Assembly: GCA_963700285.1 (NCBI GenBank)
Contig: CAVOXA010000010.1
Coordinates: forward strand, 2,016,001-2,080,000
Direction: 5' to 3'
DNA length: 64,000 nucleotides
From: an uncultured Chloroflexia bacterium
GTDB lineage: Bacteria > Chloroflexota > Anaerolineae > JAAYZQ01
Made by a program: the position numbers and the translations under genes. Positions 18,500-31,500 of the stretch are shown piece by piece (position 1 is the first letter of the stretch; the number at the start of each line of letters is the position of its first letter). Under the pieces are notes generated by a model. That model made no database searches and was not told where the DNA came from. It worked only from the letters and a program-made list of their open reading frames with translations.

Positions 18500-18800
18500 T
18501 CTTTGGTTCTGCCTACCTGTGCCAGAGCTATTGCTTGTGAGCTTGTGCGGTGGTCAATCTGCTTTGTGTTTCGTGGTGCGATCTATCGTATGAGCAAGGA
18601 ATTACGTCCGGTAACGATATGAGCCTCCGACTACCTTGAGCCAAACATGAGGGTGGCAATGAAGGTTTATCGCCCGCTTGCTTGAGCCATTGTTCGTCTT
18701 GGCATTCCCAAGCAACCCTCCGGAGAATCGCACCAGATCTCACCCCGATCTGCACCAAATCTCAACATCTCTGTGGTACAGTGCAGAAGGAGATGGGGAA

Positions 18801-19340
18801 ATGACAAACAAACTGGCAAAACCGATTCTCGCGGCGGCGATGGCACTGCTTCTCGCCGCCATCGGCCTGGTCCTGGTCGCCTGTAGTTCGAGCGCAGAGG
18901 ATGTGCCATCGCTAGGGGCAACGCCGACCGCAGTTGTGGAGGAGAAACCCCTGGACGATGAGGCCAGGGTGATGGCCTTTACGTAGTGCATGCGCGACCA
19001 GGGCATCGAGTACAAGGACCCCGTGGTCGATTCCGACGGAAACGTACAGCGGCCGCAGCTCGTCGAGGGCGTTACGGTTACCTGTGAGGAGCTGGCCGCC
19101 CCCTACGCGGCTTGTGCCCATCACCTCGAAGGTCTCACCCTGGGGCGAGAACGCAGTGACGTGAGCGAACAGGTCGATTCCCTCGTTGCCCTCGCAATCT
19201 GCTTGCGCGAAAAGGGCTACGACGTGGACGACCCCACGGCCGAGACGCTGGAACAGTGGGGCATGGACTTTCGCGTCGAGTTCCCCTGGGACGACCCCGC
19301 GGCCCAAATAGCCTACGAAGCACGCAGCAGCGGGGATTGA
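18801..19340 (+). pseudogene. Lipoprotein with one in-frame TAG (18984-18986)
   Basis: Signal/lipobox LVLVACSS; ...VMAFT*CMRDQGIEYKDP...CLREKGYDVDDP continues in the same frame (repeated C-[ML]-R-x-x-G-x-x-x-x-DP motif). Confidence 0.65.
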
Positions 19341-19345
19341 TTCTC

Positions 19346-21127
19346 GTAACTGCTCAATAAATCGGGGTAAGTTGGGCAACCGACCATGAAGCGCCAAGCT
19401 CCAGTTCGCTAGCACGAGCCTCGATCAGGCTTGCCAACGATGGAATCTCGTTCGCCTTGGAAACACGATCGTGAATGTACTGATAGAAGCTGATACCCAA
19501 CTTCTTGGCCGTAGCAGCCAAGCTCATAAAGGTGTCCCAAGCCTTGACACCATCTTGCGTGCGCGGGCCGAAACTGACGTCACGTTTTCGCACCCGTTGA
19601 CGCGCTTCCAACTCGGCTGGGTTGTTATGCAATGGTATCTCTGGATGCTTGAGCACCATCAGCAGAGACTCTTTCTTGGCTCTTCGTCTTGGCAATCCGG
19701 GAGTCCAGAGCATCAAACCCAGTGCAGGTCGAAAACAGTTTGTCGAACTCCGCATCCAGTCGGACCCTTTCTTCAAGGGTTGGTTGCTGTCGGTAGGTCA
19801 ACAACTCGTCGTAGAACTCCCAGAACTGCTTCCGAAAGTCCTTCAGCAGCTTGAAATGGTGGACAAAAGACGGCATCAGCTTCTTGTAATGCCGTGCCTT
19901 CATGCACCCAGCAGAGGGCCAACTCTTCCGCGATCCAGTTGAACTGCGGGGCATCGTCGCAGAGCAACAAACGAACAATGGGCAGGTCCGCTTCGGCGTG
20001 ATACGCTGCCACAGCAGCTGCACTCAGGATCGCCTGACGCTGCTGCTCGTTCAGCTTCGGCCAATTGGTGTCCAACCGCTCGACAAAGGTCTGTTCATCC
20101 CAATCCTGGTCACTGCATTCGGCCGACAACCAGGTACGAGTGGCTTTCGACAGCGGCGTAGACTCCAGATAGCCCAGCGCTTCTTCGTTCAGCCGGAACC
20201 GGCGTTCTCGCCCGGGGCGCAGCACATCCAACACGCTCAAGCGGTCCTTTTTCGGCGTCGTGGTGTAGATAGTGTACAACGGGTTGCACACAATGTTGCA
20301 GTGCTGGTTCTGGCCGTCCACGCGCGTGCTGGTTTGATCGGTGTGCTGCCAAGGAGTGCTGGCCAACCCCGCTTCGCAGACCTCTTCCTTCTCGGCGTGA
20401 AACTGCTCCTGGCCCTTGATCAACAGGTTGGACACTTCACCCGCCGAGATCTGGACGCCGACATTCTCGTACAAGTCCCGGATCTTGGCCTCACTCATCC
20501 CGCCTCCAAAGTACAAGGTCAAGGTCAGCGCTTTGAGCCCTGGTCCAAATTGCCCTTCATACCCCAACGGCAACTCGGCCAGATAGGTTTTGCCCGTCGA
20601 GTAGGCCCAATACTTCTCCTTGTGAAAGCGTACGTTGTCGGCGCGAAAGACGACATCTTGGACCACCACATCTTCGTAGCCCTTGAATTCGGCATCTTCC
20701 GGCAGGCTGGCCTTGTCCACCTCCAACGTCTGTTCACGATGGATCTTGATCGTTGCTTTCTTGGCACGCTTCCGACGTGGTTTGGGTTTGCGACGTTCCT
20801 GCTCCGACGAGTAGTTGGACCGAGGGAACTTGGGGTTGTTACCCTTGATGTTGGGTTTGCCCTGTTCGCCTTTCAACCGATTGTTCTCATCTCGCAGTCG
20901 CTGAATCTCTGCCTGTGCGTCCCGCAAGTCGGTACTCACGGCTTCGATCAGATTCATCAAGCGGACAATCAGTTCCCGAGCATTTTCATCTTGGATGTTG
21001 CTCAGGTCTACAGGGTTCAGCTTATCCAACATTAGTTGCGCCATTTTACTCATCTTTGCCCAAATGGCAAAGCGTGAGACTCGCCGAAGTCTTTCCCGGG
21101 GTTTCCCCCGGATTATTGAGCAGTTAC
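19346..21127 (-). mobile_element. IS66-family insertion sequence (single-ORF type), 1782 bp
   Basis: Perfect 15-bp terminal IRs GTAACTGCTCAATAA (19346-19360 and 21113-21127); the flanks differ, so no target duplication. Confidence 0.9.
19354..21053 (-). pseudogene. IS66-family transposase (frameshifted)
   Basis: Coiled-coil N-terminus, QHTDQTSTRVDG, LLCDDAPQF, ALCWVHE, PLHNNPAELEARQRV..R.VSFG, TAKKLGISF. Confidence 0.88.
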
Positions 21128-21853
21128 CATTGAATCAGCGGCACAGCCGCAAAGCTGCCATCACCCACCAGAACGACTTCCCGATCTGGCTGCCAGCGCC
21201 GCACCTTGTCCACCATGAGCATTGCCCAGTCAATCAGTGTTCGATGTCGTTTCTGGAGCTTGGCGCTTGTCTTCGGTCCCAGGGCGGGGACCGTCATAAA
21301 CGGCAAGGCCCACAGTCGTTGGCTCCAGGGAACCGGCACCAAGACGGCTAGACAGAGCCAGCGGATGCCCAAGGACTTGCTCACATGAGTGAGCGTGGAG
21401 CGAATCGGATCCCGAAACCAGCCCTTATACTTGATCTTGGGCCCGCGGCGGCGCTCCAACGTGTCATCGATGACAAGGAGTACAGGCAGCCCAGGCGGCA
21501 GCAGTAGATGAATGATCAAACTCAACAGCAGTCTGCTCAAGATCCACGGCGACCAACAAGCACGATTGAGGACGCGATGGTAGTTGGTAAAGTGCCGGTT
21601 GTCGGCCAGCCCCATGGCGCGAAGGGCGGCAGCCACCGTACGGCGGCCGGGAGCCAGGATCGTTCCGTAGAGCAAAACCATTGCGTTGGCGAAAGTTGGC
21701 ACGGTGAACGCCTTGGCAAATATCGAAAGCAATTGTATAATCTCCTGGGCTTGGCATGGGCTCTCCTGTGTCGATAGAGGTTTGGACACCGACTATCTTA
21801 CCACAGGTTGCTCAAATCAGCCCATCCCTTCTTCAAAAATGGCCAAAGTCCAG
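21128..21853 (-). mobile_element. Truncated IS701-like (DDE_5) element; transposase 21789 to 21128 is cut by IS66
   Basis: GTILAPGRRTVAAALR..GL...FTNYHRVLNR..WS; VIDDTLERR.G.KI...G.FRDP; VLVGDGSFA then abrupt end at the IS66 IR; probable element end GGCCAAAGTCCAG at 21841-21853. Confidence 0.8.
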
Positions 21854-22473
21854 TCAAGTAACACTTGCGCATATCTGAGACCAATGCCGCCGGTCTAGAA
21901 GGGCTTGATTCTGTACGACTGGGCTTGCCAGCGGAGCGTTGAATGCCGTGACGGGCTGCCGGGACCGGATGGCTGGCTGATTGCTCGCCGTTCGATCAGT
22001 GATCCGACCGATATTGCCTACTACTTGTCGAACGCGCCAGTTGACACGCCGCTTCTGAAGCTGGCGCAAGTGGCCTCGACCCGCTATACGGTCGAGCAAT
22101 GTATTGAAGAGGCCAAGGGTGAAACGGGCCTGGACGAGTATGAGGTACGCTATTGGCACAGTTGGCATCGCCATATTACACTCTCGATGATGGCTCACGC
22201 CTGGCTCGCCTCCGTCCGCTACACAGCCACGGAGAAAAAAGGGGGCCTGAGCCCTTCCTGGCCGAGCTGACGGTTCCGGAAGTGCGCCGCTTGCTGGAAG
22301 TGGCGCTACCCTTGCCCTATCGTTCGCGTGATCTGCGACTCGCATGGTCGCAGTATCGACGGGCCAAGCGCTGGCAGGCCCGCCAGAGCCATTCTCGCCG
22401 TCAAGCTACCGCCTGGCGGCTCCTCTTGAAGCCGGATGCCAGCACGCCGGCAAAACTGCGGTTGTAGTACTAG
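21854..22473 (+). mobile_element. 3' remnant of an IS701-family element
   Basis: WLIARRSISDPTDIAYYLSNAP...RYTVEQCIEEAKGETGLDEYEVR.W.SWHRHITLSMMAHAWL; A6G run at 22235; tail ELTVPEVRRLL...AWS.YRR; ends CTGCGGTTGTAGTACTAG. Confidence 0.85.
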
Positions 22474-22674
22474 GGCGTCCCCCCGCCAGCACACAGCCCG
22501 CTCCTGGTACCTGTGCCGGCTGATTCGCCTTCTGCCTCCACAGCCGGCCTGAAGTTGCTGTTCACGCGGAATAGGCTGCCCGGTGCGTGCCACATGTCGG
22601 TGGTGGTCCGCATGGGGAACCAAGTGCCCTGCCCCAGCGTCCAATCCATAGACGTGATCGACCCTGCGTCCCGG

Positions 22675-22703
22675 TGGACATGCAACAAGAACAGTGCTAT
22701 AGT
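22675..22703 (+). promoter_or_regulatory. Candidate promoter for pbpC and alpha-2-macroglobulin
   Basis: TGGACA, 17 bp, TG-c-TATAGT. Confidence 0.5.
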
Positions 22704-22918
22704 GCGTGCTTACAGTGCCTGGCAGGCTGCGCGACCCTTCCTCCGGCCCGCCCTCTTGGCTCCGAGCCCCAGTCGCTCGATCTACCTCCTGCCGGAGATG
22801 GACCAGCCATGGGCCAAGTGTTGGCGAGCCGTGGGTCAGTCGCCACCAAAGCAGCGACCGGCCGGAAACCGATCGGCATAGTATGGGCAAGAGACAACCC
22901 GCAGAGACCGAGTGTGCC

Positions 22919-25486
22919 ATGAGATCCCATCCGCGCCATCGCCGCTTAGGGGTGGCCCTGGCCCTAATCCTCAGCCTGGTCCTTGCCGCCGCGGCTGGCA
23001 CCTACTGGCTGCTGGCCGGCCTGCCTTCGCTCGACGGTCCCACAGCGTCCCGTGGCCCGAGCCTGTATGCCTATGCCGCTGCGCCCAGCTCCAAGATCTA
23101 TGATCGCTACGGCCGGCTGCTCTACGAGATGCCGCCGCCCCATACGGGGAGCCACTCACCCGTGCCCCTGAGCGACGTGCCCCTGCCCCTGCGCCAGGCC
23201 CTCATTGCCACCGAAGACGCCACCTTCTACGATAACCCGGGAGTCGATGCCAGGGCCATCTTACGGGCGGTGTGGATCAACCTGCGCGGGGGCGGGATCC
23301 TATCGGGGGGCAGCACACTCACCCAGCAGCTGGCCCGGAACCTGCTCCTCAGCCCCGAAGAGCGGTACGAACGCACACTCGGCCGCAAGCTGCGCGAGGC
23401 GGTACTGGCCTGGCGGATTGCGCGCCACTACGCCAAGGACCAGATCCTCGAGCTCTACCTCAATGAGATCTATTTCGGAAACATGGCCTACGGCGTCGAG
23501 GCGGCAGCCCAGGCCTATTTTGGCAAGCCGGTCCGCGACGTCGATCTGGCCGAGGCTGCGTTGCTGGCTGGCCTGCCCCAGGCCCCGGCCTATTACAGCC
23601 CCCTCGAAAACCTGGAAGGCGCCAAGGACCGCCAGGCTGTGGTCTTGGACTTGATGGTCAAGCAGGGCTACATCACCGAGGAGCAGGCTCGCCTGGCCAA
23701 GAAGGAAAAGCTCTACTTTGCCTCGGCGCCCTTTGACATCCGTGCTCCCCACTTTGTAATGTACGTCCGCGGAATGTTGGAACAGGAACTTGGCCTGGAT
23801 CACATCGAGCAGGGTGGGTTGCACATCTACACCACGCTGGACCTGGACTTAAACGAGGCTGCTCGAGACGTGATGCGGGTTCGGCTGTCGCGCTTGGCCG
23901 AGTGCAGCGGGCAGCAGACCAACTGCCCGCCTGGCGGCCACAATGTGCGCAACGCAGCCCTGGTTGCCCTGGACCCGCGCACGGGAGAGATCCTAGCCAT
24001 GGTGGGCAGCCCCGATTACTTTTCCGCGCGCATAGACGGGGCGGTCAACGGCACCACCGCTCCGCGGCAGCCGGGTTCCTCCATCAAGCCCCTTACCTAC
24101 GCGGCGGCCTTTGCTCGAGGGGACCTCACGCCGGCGACGATGATGCTCGATGTACGCACCTCTTTCCTGACCGAGGAGGGCACACCCTACGTCCCCCTTA
24201 ACTACGACCTCCAGTTCCGCGGCCCGGTCCGGCTACGTGAGGCCCTGGCGTCGTCCTACAACCTGATCGCCGTCAAGGTCCTGGACGCGGTCGGCGTAGA
24301 GTCCATGACTGGCCTGGCGCGGCGCCTGGGCATCACCACCTTTGACGACCTGGAGGCGCTGGGGCTGGCCGTCACCCTGGGCGGCGGCGAGGTGCGCCTA
24401 CTGGAGGAGACGGCGGCCTATGCGGCCTTTGCCAATGGCGGCTACGCGGTGCGACCCCTTGCCATCCGTCGTGTAGAGGACGAGGCAGGCAACGTGCTTT
24501 GGTCGCCAGAACCTGGCCTGGGTGCCCGGGTCCTCGACGAGCGGGTCGCCTACCTGGTCACCGATGTGCTGAGTGACGACCGGGCCCGTATCCCATCCTT
24601 TGGCGAGGCCAGTGTCCTGGAGCTGACCCGTCCCGCGGCGGTCAAGACCGGGACGACGACAGACTACCGGGACAACTGGACGGTGGGCTATACGCCGGAG
24701 CTGGTTGCCGGCGTCTGGGCAGGCAACGCCGACAACGAGTCGATGCTGGACATCTCCGGCATAAGCGGTGCCGCACCCATCTGGCACGATTTCATGGAAC
24801 TGGCCCTCAAGGGCCAGCCGGTCCAATCCTTCCAGCGGCCCGAGGGGCTAGTCGAGTTGGAGGTATGCGCTCTTTCCGGGCTGCTGCCGGGGCCGGATTG
24901 CCCACACAGGGTGAAGGAGCTGTTTGTGAAGGGCACCGAGCCCACTCAGGTCTGCACGATGCACCAGCGCCTTGCCATCGACAGCGCTACCGGCCTGCGG
25001 GCCACGAGCGCTACGCCTCCGGAGCGCGTTGTCGAGCGGGTGTACGCGATACTGCCGCCAGAAGCCCAGGATTGGGCCCGGCAGCAGGGCATCCCCGAGC
25101 CGCCAGCCGCGGGCCGCGCTGGATCGCCCAACTCTGATCCGGACAGTCAGCTTGCCGCAGCGGGCGCGCCAATCCAGGAGCAGGAGGGAGGAGCCCCGTG
25201 TCTGACCATGAGCAGCCCCGACCGCGGCGCTGTCTACCTTCTGGATGCCGGCTTGCCCCGCGCTGCCCAGCGCATCGTCGTCTCGGCCTTTCCAGGACCG
25301 GATGCGAGCCTGCGCGAGGTGACGCTGTGGGCCGATGGCCGGCTGCTGGCCAAATTTGTGGCACCGCCTTACAAGACCCTGTGGCAACTTGAGCCGGGTG
25401 CGCATACCTTTTGGGCAGAGGGAATCTCTGCCGGCGGCGACCGGGCCAAGAGCGACGAGGTCCAGGTGACAGTCCAAACCCGCTGA
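22919..25486 (+). CDS. pbpC: Penicillin-binding protein 1C (class A PBP with C-terminal beta domain)
   Basis: TM anchor; transglycosylase ATEDATFY, GGSTLTQQLARN, RKLRE; transpeptidase GSSIKP, SYN, KTGTT; adjacent to alpha-2-macroglobulin. Confidence 0.9.
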   Translation: MRSHPRHRRLGVALALILSLVLAAAAGTYWLLAGLPSLDGPTASRGPSLYAYAAAPSSKIYDRYGRLLYEMPPPHTGSHSPVPLSDVPLPLRQALIATEDATFYDNPGVDARAILRAVWINLRGGGILSGGSTLTQQLARNLLLSPEERYERTLGRKLREAVLAWRIARHYAKDQILELYLNEIYFGNMAYGVEAAAQAYFGKPVRDVDLAEAALLAGLPQAPAYYSPLENLEGAKDRQAVVLDLMVKQGYITEEQARLAKKEKLYFASAPFDIRAPHFVMYVRGMLEQELGLDHIEQGGLHIYTTLDLDLNEAARDVMRVRLSRLAECSGQQTNCPPGGHNVRNAALVALDPRTGEILAMVGSPDYFSARIDGAVNGTTAPRQPGSSIKPLTYAAAFARGDLTPATMMLDVRTSFLTEEGTPYVPLNYDLQFRGPVRLREALASSYNLIAVKVLDAVGVESMTGLARRLGITTFDDLEALGLAVTLGGGEVRLLEETAAYAAFANGGYAVRPLAIRRVEDEAGNVLWSPEPGLGARVLDERVAYLVTDVLSDDRARIPSFGEASVLELTRPAAVKTGTTTDYRDNWTVGYTPELVAGVWAGNADNESMLDISGISGAAPIWHDFMELALKGQPVQSFQRPEGLVELEVCALSGLLPGPDCPHRVKELFVKGTEPTQVCTMHQRLAIDSATGLRATSATPPERVVERVYAILPPEAQDWARQQGIPEPPAAGRAGSPNSDPDSQLAAAGAPIQEQEGGAPCLTMSSPDRGAVYLLDAGLPRAAQRIVVSAFPGPDASLREVTLWADGRLLAKFVAPPYKTLWQLEPGAHTFWAEGISAGGDRAKSDEVQVTVQTR

Positions 25487-25546
25487 CGGCAGGATGGGCA
25501 ACGCTCGCTTCACCGCTATCGAGTCATTCGTAGGAAGGATCGGACA

Positions 25547-28500
25547 ATGGAAACGCAGAATAGACGAAGTGACTTATTCCTGATTCTTCTGGTCTTTCTT
25601 TGCCTGCTGCTGGGTGCCTGTGGGTCATCCACCCCCGAGGTGATGCCCACGGCTGGCGAACCAACCGCTACCCTGCCGCCGACGGAGACGCCGCCCCCAA
25701 CGGTCACGCCCATACCCTTGCCCGCGCCGCAGCTTCTGTTCCGCAGCCCCGCACCTGGGGAGGAGCAGCCCCTCGATGCACCCATCGAGCTGACCTTTGA
25801 CCAGCCGATGGATCGCAAAAGTGTGGAAGCAGCTTTCACCATTTCACCCACGATCGAAGGCGAGCTCACCTGGCTCGACGACAGGACGCTGTCCTTTGAC
25901 CCACGGGTCGAGCTGGAGCGCGGCGCCACGTATCGGGTGACGGTGGACGCCACGGCAGAAAACGCTGAGGGCAAGCCGCTGGAGGAACCTGCCAGTCTTG
26001 GATTTGATACGGTAGGCTTTCTCGAGGTCAGCCAGGTAATGCCCGCTCCAGATAGTGACGAGCTGGACCCTCAGACTGTGGTCACAGTCGTGTTCAACCG
26101 GCCGGTCGTTCCCCTGACGGCCATTAGCGACCAGGGCGAGCTGCCCCACCCCCTCACCTTTGTGCCCCCGGTGCGGGGCCGCGGCGAATGGCTCAATACC
26201 TCCATCTATCTCTTCACACCGGAAGGCGGCTTTCTGCCTGCCACCCACTACAAAGCCAGGGTGGCTGCCGGCTTGATGGATACCACTGGCGCACTCCTCG
26301 AGCCGGACTATACCTGGGAGTTCGAGACCATCCGGCCGGCCATCCTGCAGGTCTCGCCTGCAGAAGGTTTCGCCCAGGTTGGGCCCACCGACCTGATCAG
26401 CGTGACCTTCAATCAACCCATGGACCACGCCTCGGCTCAGTCGAACTTTTCTTTGGAGATGGACGGCCAGCCCGTAGCCGGCGAATTCCGCTGGAGTGGC
26501 GGGCAGACGCCTATAGACACGGAGACGATGCTCTTTGTGCCCGACGAACCCCTGCCTCGCGACACCTCCTTCAGTGCTCGTGTGGCGGCGGATGTCCAGG
26601 CCCGTGCCGGAAACACCGGCACGCAGCGGCAGAAGCGTTGGACCTTTTCCACCGTTAAACAACCGGGCATCGTTGGCACCTTGCCCGGGGATGGCGCGAG
26701 GGGTGTGGATCCGGGTGAGAGCCTGGCGATTACCTTCGCCAGCCCCATGCAGCCAGAGGGTTTCATGGACCACCTCACCATCCTCCCGGCTGTGACAGAG
26801 GTCTACACCTATTGGTCAGAGAATGATACGCAAGTCGAGATCGACTTCCAGAGCAGGCCCGCCACGGCCTACCAGGTTGGCCTGGATGCTGCCACCCCCG
26901 ACCGGTATGGGGCCGCGCTGGGCAGAGCCGCGCCCATCCGGTTCACCACCGGAGACCTGCCCGCTTTTGCCAGCCTGACCACGGTTGGCCAGTTGGGCAC
27001 CGTCAGCGCCTACACCGACACGGTGGTCTATGCCACCTACCGCAACGTGTCCAGCCTGCAGATCGGCCTGTACCGTCTCAGCCCACGCACTTTTATGGAC
27101 CTCAACACGCGCTGGGAGGCCTGGGATCAGTTCGTGCCCGACGAGGGTGAACTGGTGCGCCGCTGGTCCCGCGAGGTCCAGGCGCCCCGCAATGAGGCCC
27201 GCCTGGAGCGCTTGCTGTTGGTAGATGACAGCGGCGAGGCTCTGCCTCCTGGCCTGTACTACCTCCAGCTCACGGCGCCAGAGGTTCAAGAATCACAGGC
27301 TGCCGGCGAAAAGCTGTCTCGCTACATGTTTGTCAAGTCGCGGCTGAACCTGACTCTGAAGCAAACCCGCTCTGAAGCCTTGTTGTGGGCCACGGACCTC
27401 GCCTCCGGCCAACCCGTGCCGGATCTCTCTGTGCACTTTTATTTGGGCCCCGACCAGATCGAGGCTGCCGCCAGGACCGGTGCCGAGGGCCTCGTAGTGG
27501 CCGATGGCCTTCCTCTGGACGATCTGTGGAGCCCATTCTTTGCTATGGCCGGTGAGCCGGGCGACGAAGGCTTTGGCATCGCCTACAACCGCTGGGAAGA
27601 GGGTATCAATCCCTGGGACTTTGGCGTGGATTCAGAATTCTGGGGCAGCGATTACCAGGGCTATCTCTACACCGACCGGCCCATCTACCGGCCGGGTCAG
27701 ACTGTCTACTTCAAGGGCATTGTCCGTGCTGACGACGACGCCGTGTACAGCTTGCCTGACGAGATAGAGACCGTGCAGGTGCAGGTCAACGATGCCCAGG
27801 GCAAAGAGTTGTACCGCACGAAGCTGCCCCTCAGCGAGATGGGGACCTTCTACGACGAGCTGGTACTCGACGAACAAGCGCCGCTGGGCGACTATTATGT
27901 CGAGGTCCAAGAGCCTGATCTCCAATTCTACACCGGTACCAGCTTTCGCGTCGCCGAATACAGGGCTCCGGAGTTCCAGGTGTCGGTAACCGCGGGCCGT
28001 GATGCCTATCTCGCCGGTGAACCCGTCGGCGTCACGGCCGAGGCCACCTACTACTTTGGCGGCCCCGTGGCCGACGCTGGTGTCCACTGGAGCGTCCTCA
28101 GCAGCGACTACTTCTTCCGCCATGAATGCCCTCAGGGGCAAAGCTGCCCTTGGTATAGCTGGACCGATTCCGAGTGGGGCGAACAGCCGGAAGGCGAGTA
28201 CTATGGAGGTTACGGCGGGCTCCTGGCCGAAGGCGACGCCCAGACCGACAGCGAAGGTCGGGTTACCTTCAGCGTCCCGGCGGACATTGGCGACGAGGTG
28301 CGAAGCCAGCTCTTGACCATCGAGGCCAGTGTGACCGATCTCAGCGGCCAACAGGTGAGCAACCGGACGGGGACTGTCGTCCACAGGGGCGAGTTCTACG
28401 TCGGCGTCGCGCCTCGCGGCAACCTGTCCGAGGTGGACCAGGAAAAGCCTGTTGATCTGCTGACGGTAGACTGGGATGGAGAGCCAGTCGCGGGCGTGGA

Positions 28501-31500
28501 GCTGACCGTGATCCTCATGGAGCACCGCTGGTATAGCGTCCGACGCCAGGCGGAGGATGGCCGCTACTACTGGGACTGGACCGTGGAGGACATCCCCGTA
28601 GTGACCAGCACCGTGACCACCGACGACGAGGGTCAGGCCGTCGCCACTTTCATCCCTCCCAAGGCCGGCAGTTACCGCGTGCGTGCCATCGGCCGCGACA
28701 GTCGCGAGAATGAGATCCGCAGCAGCGACTACTTCTGGGTCTGGGGCGGGCAGGATTACATAAGCTGGCGCCAGGAGAACAACAACCGCATCGACCTGGT
28801 CGCCGACCAGGAGGAGTACGAGATCGGCGACGTGGCCGAGATCCTGATCCCTTCCCCCTACACCGGCACCGTGCAGGCACTGGTCACCGTCGAGCGGGGC
28901 CACATCCTGGAGACCGAGGTGCGCGAGCTTTCCACCAACAGTGAAGTCCTGCGTATTCCCATCGTCGAAGCGCACGTGCCCAATGTCTTTGTGTCCGTGG
29001 TCATCGTCCAGGGATCTGACCAGGCTGCAGACGGGCTCGCCACTTTCAAAATGGGCGTCGTCAAGCTGCCGGTTTCGGTCGAGGCCAAAACCCTGAACAT
29101 CAGCCTTACGCCGGACAAAGAGATGGAGGACGGCGAGTACTATGGCCCCCGACAGACGGCTACCTACGACGTGCTGGTCACCGATTACCAGGGGAAGCCG
29201 GTGGAGGCCGAACTGTCGCTTCGCCTGGCCGACCTCGCCGTGTTGGCCCTGGCCGACGAGCCGGGCCCGACCCTGGTCGAGAGCTTCTGGCGCGACCGTG
29301 GCCTGGGCGTCAAGACCAGCACGCCGCTGGTCGTGGCCATGGAGCCCTTTAACCGCGAGATCGCGCCCGGTACCAAGGGCGGTGATGGCGCCGCAGGGGG
29401 AGAGCTGGTGCGCTCCCGCTTTGCCGATACTGCCTTTTGGGCTCCAGCAGTGCGTACGGATCAGGATGGCCGGGCCCGGGTGACGGTCCAACTGCCGGAC
29501 AACCTGACCACGTGGCGCATGCAGGCCCGCGGGATTACGGGCGATACCAAGGTGGGTCGCGCCGACGTGGACGTACTCAGCAGCCTTGACCTGCTCGTGC
29601 GACCAGTGTTGCCCCGTTTCTTTGTCGTGAACGACCAGGCCCAGATCGCGACGGTGGTCCACAACAATACCCAGGAGCCGCTCAAGGTCCAGGTCGAAAT
29701 CGAACTGGAGGGCCTGGCTCTGCAAGGTGCTAGCAGCCAGACTGTCGAGGTCGGCGCTGGCGACAAGGTCCAGGTTACCTGGCCTGTGAAGGCCATGTCT
29801 GGAAACGACGATCGGGGCTGACGGTATCGAACGGGCCACGGTGCGCATGTGGGCCAGGGCTGGCGACCTCTACGATGCCCGCGAGGATACCCTGCCCGTG
29901 TACCACTACACCTCGCCAGAAGTGGTGGCCACCGCCGGCTTGCTGGCCGAGCCCGGCGTCCGCCAGGAGGTCATCCAGTTGCCGGGCACGTTCGACCCGA
30001 CCCAGGGCGAGCTCACGGTGGTACTCGATGGCTCCCTGACCGCTGTGGCCCAGGATGCGCTCGATTACCTCGAGCACTATCCCTACGAGTGTGTGGAGCA
30101 GACGGTCAGCCGTTTCCTGCCCAACGTGGTCACTTGGCAGGCCCTGGAGGAGATGGGCCTGGAACGTCCCGAGCTGCGCCAGAAGCTGGCCCAGATGGTG
30201 GGCATCGGCCTGCAGCGGCTCTACGCCCAGCAACACTACGATGGCGGTTGGGGCTGGTGGACCTACGACGAGAGCAATTCTTATCTGACAGCCTACGTCC
30301 TGCACGGGATGTTGGAAGCTCACCGCGCTGGGTTCGTGGTCGACCAGGGGGCCGTGGACAAGGCTGCCGACTACCTGCGCCAGGGGCTGCCCTCGGTGGC
30401 CCAGGTCAAGGCTGCCTCGGAGGCGAACCGGCTGGCCTACGCGCTCTACGTCCTGGCCAGCTATGCCGATACGTTCGACAGCTCTTCCAGGGGGGAGTTG
30501 AGCCGGGCCGTGCGTCTCTTTGACGACAGGCACCTTCTCGACCACTATGGGCAGGCTACCCTGGCCATGGCTCTCGCCTTGCTGGAACCGGACGAGCCCC
30601 AGCGGGTCCAGACGCTGCTCGACGACCTGGCTGGCGACGCTGTCCTCAGCGCCACGGGCGCCCACTGGGAGGAAGCTGAGCCTGATTACTGGAACATGAG
30701 CACCGACGTCCGGACCACGGCCATCGTTCTCTGGACGTTGGCACACCTGCGCGCTGACGATCAACTCCTGCCCGCCACCGTGCGCTGGCTGATGGCGATG
30801 CGAGAGGAAGGCCACTGGCAGACGACCCAGAACAACGCCTGGTCACTGCTGGGGCTGGTGGCCTACATGCAGGCTACGGGCGAGCTCGAGGGGGACTATA
30901 GTTACAGCGTTTACCTAAATGGGCAAGAGCTGACCAGGGGGGATGTTTCCCAGGACAACATCGACGAGAGCCACGAACTTGTGGTCGGCATCACTCGCCT
31001 GCTGACCGAGGAGGGCAATCGCCTGGTCGTCGAACGCCAAGCTTCTCAAGGTGACCAGACGGGTGAGGGACAGCTCTACTACTCGGTGGACCTGCGCTAC
31101 TACCTGCCTGCCGACCAGGTCCAGGCGCTGGATCGAGGTATCGTCGTCGCCCGGCAGTACAGCCCGGTCGACGATGCGGGGCAGGTGGAGGCCAGGCGCT
31201 ACGTCGACGTCGCGCGTGTTGGAGACGTCATCAAGGTCAAGGTCACCCTCGTCGCTCCCACGGACCTCTACTACGTGGTTGTCGAGGACCCGCTGCCAGC
31301 CGGTTTCGAGGGCATAGACCTCAACCTTAAAACAACCAGCGTGGTTGGAGAACAGCCGACCCTGCGCAACCTGACCGTTGAAGAGGAGGAGCGCTGGTTC
31401 CGCTGGTACGGTTGGGGCTGGTGGTGGTTCTCCAACTCGGAGATGCGCGACGAGAAGGTTGTCCTCTTTGCGGAATACCTACCCCGGGGAACCTACGAGT

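Noticed and set aside
22235-22245. A6G slippery site as a novel recoding signal
   Set aside because: Common in IS transposases, and the element is a remnant.
27632-29848. Long antisense ORFs (738 aa here; also 16106-17485, 40169-41293 and 57117-58202)
   Set aside because: Shadow frames of GC-rich genes on the opposite strand, with no recognisable motifs.
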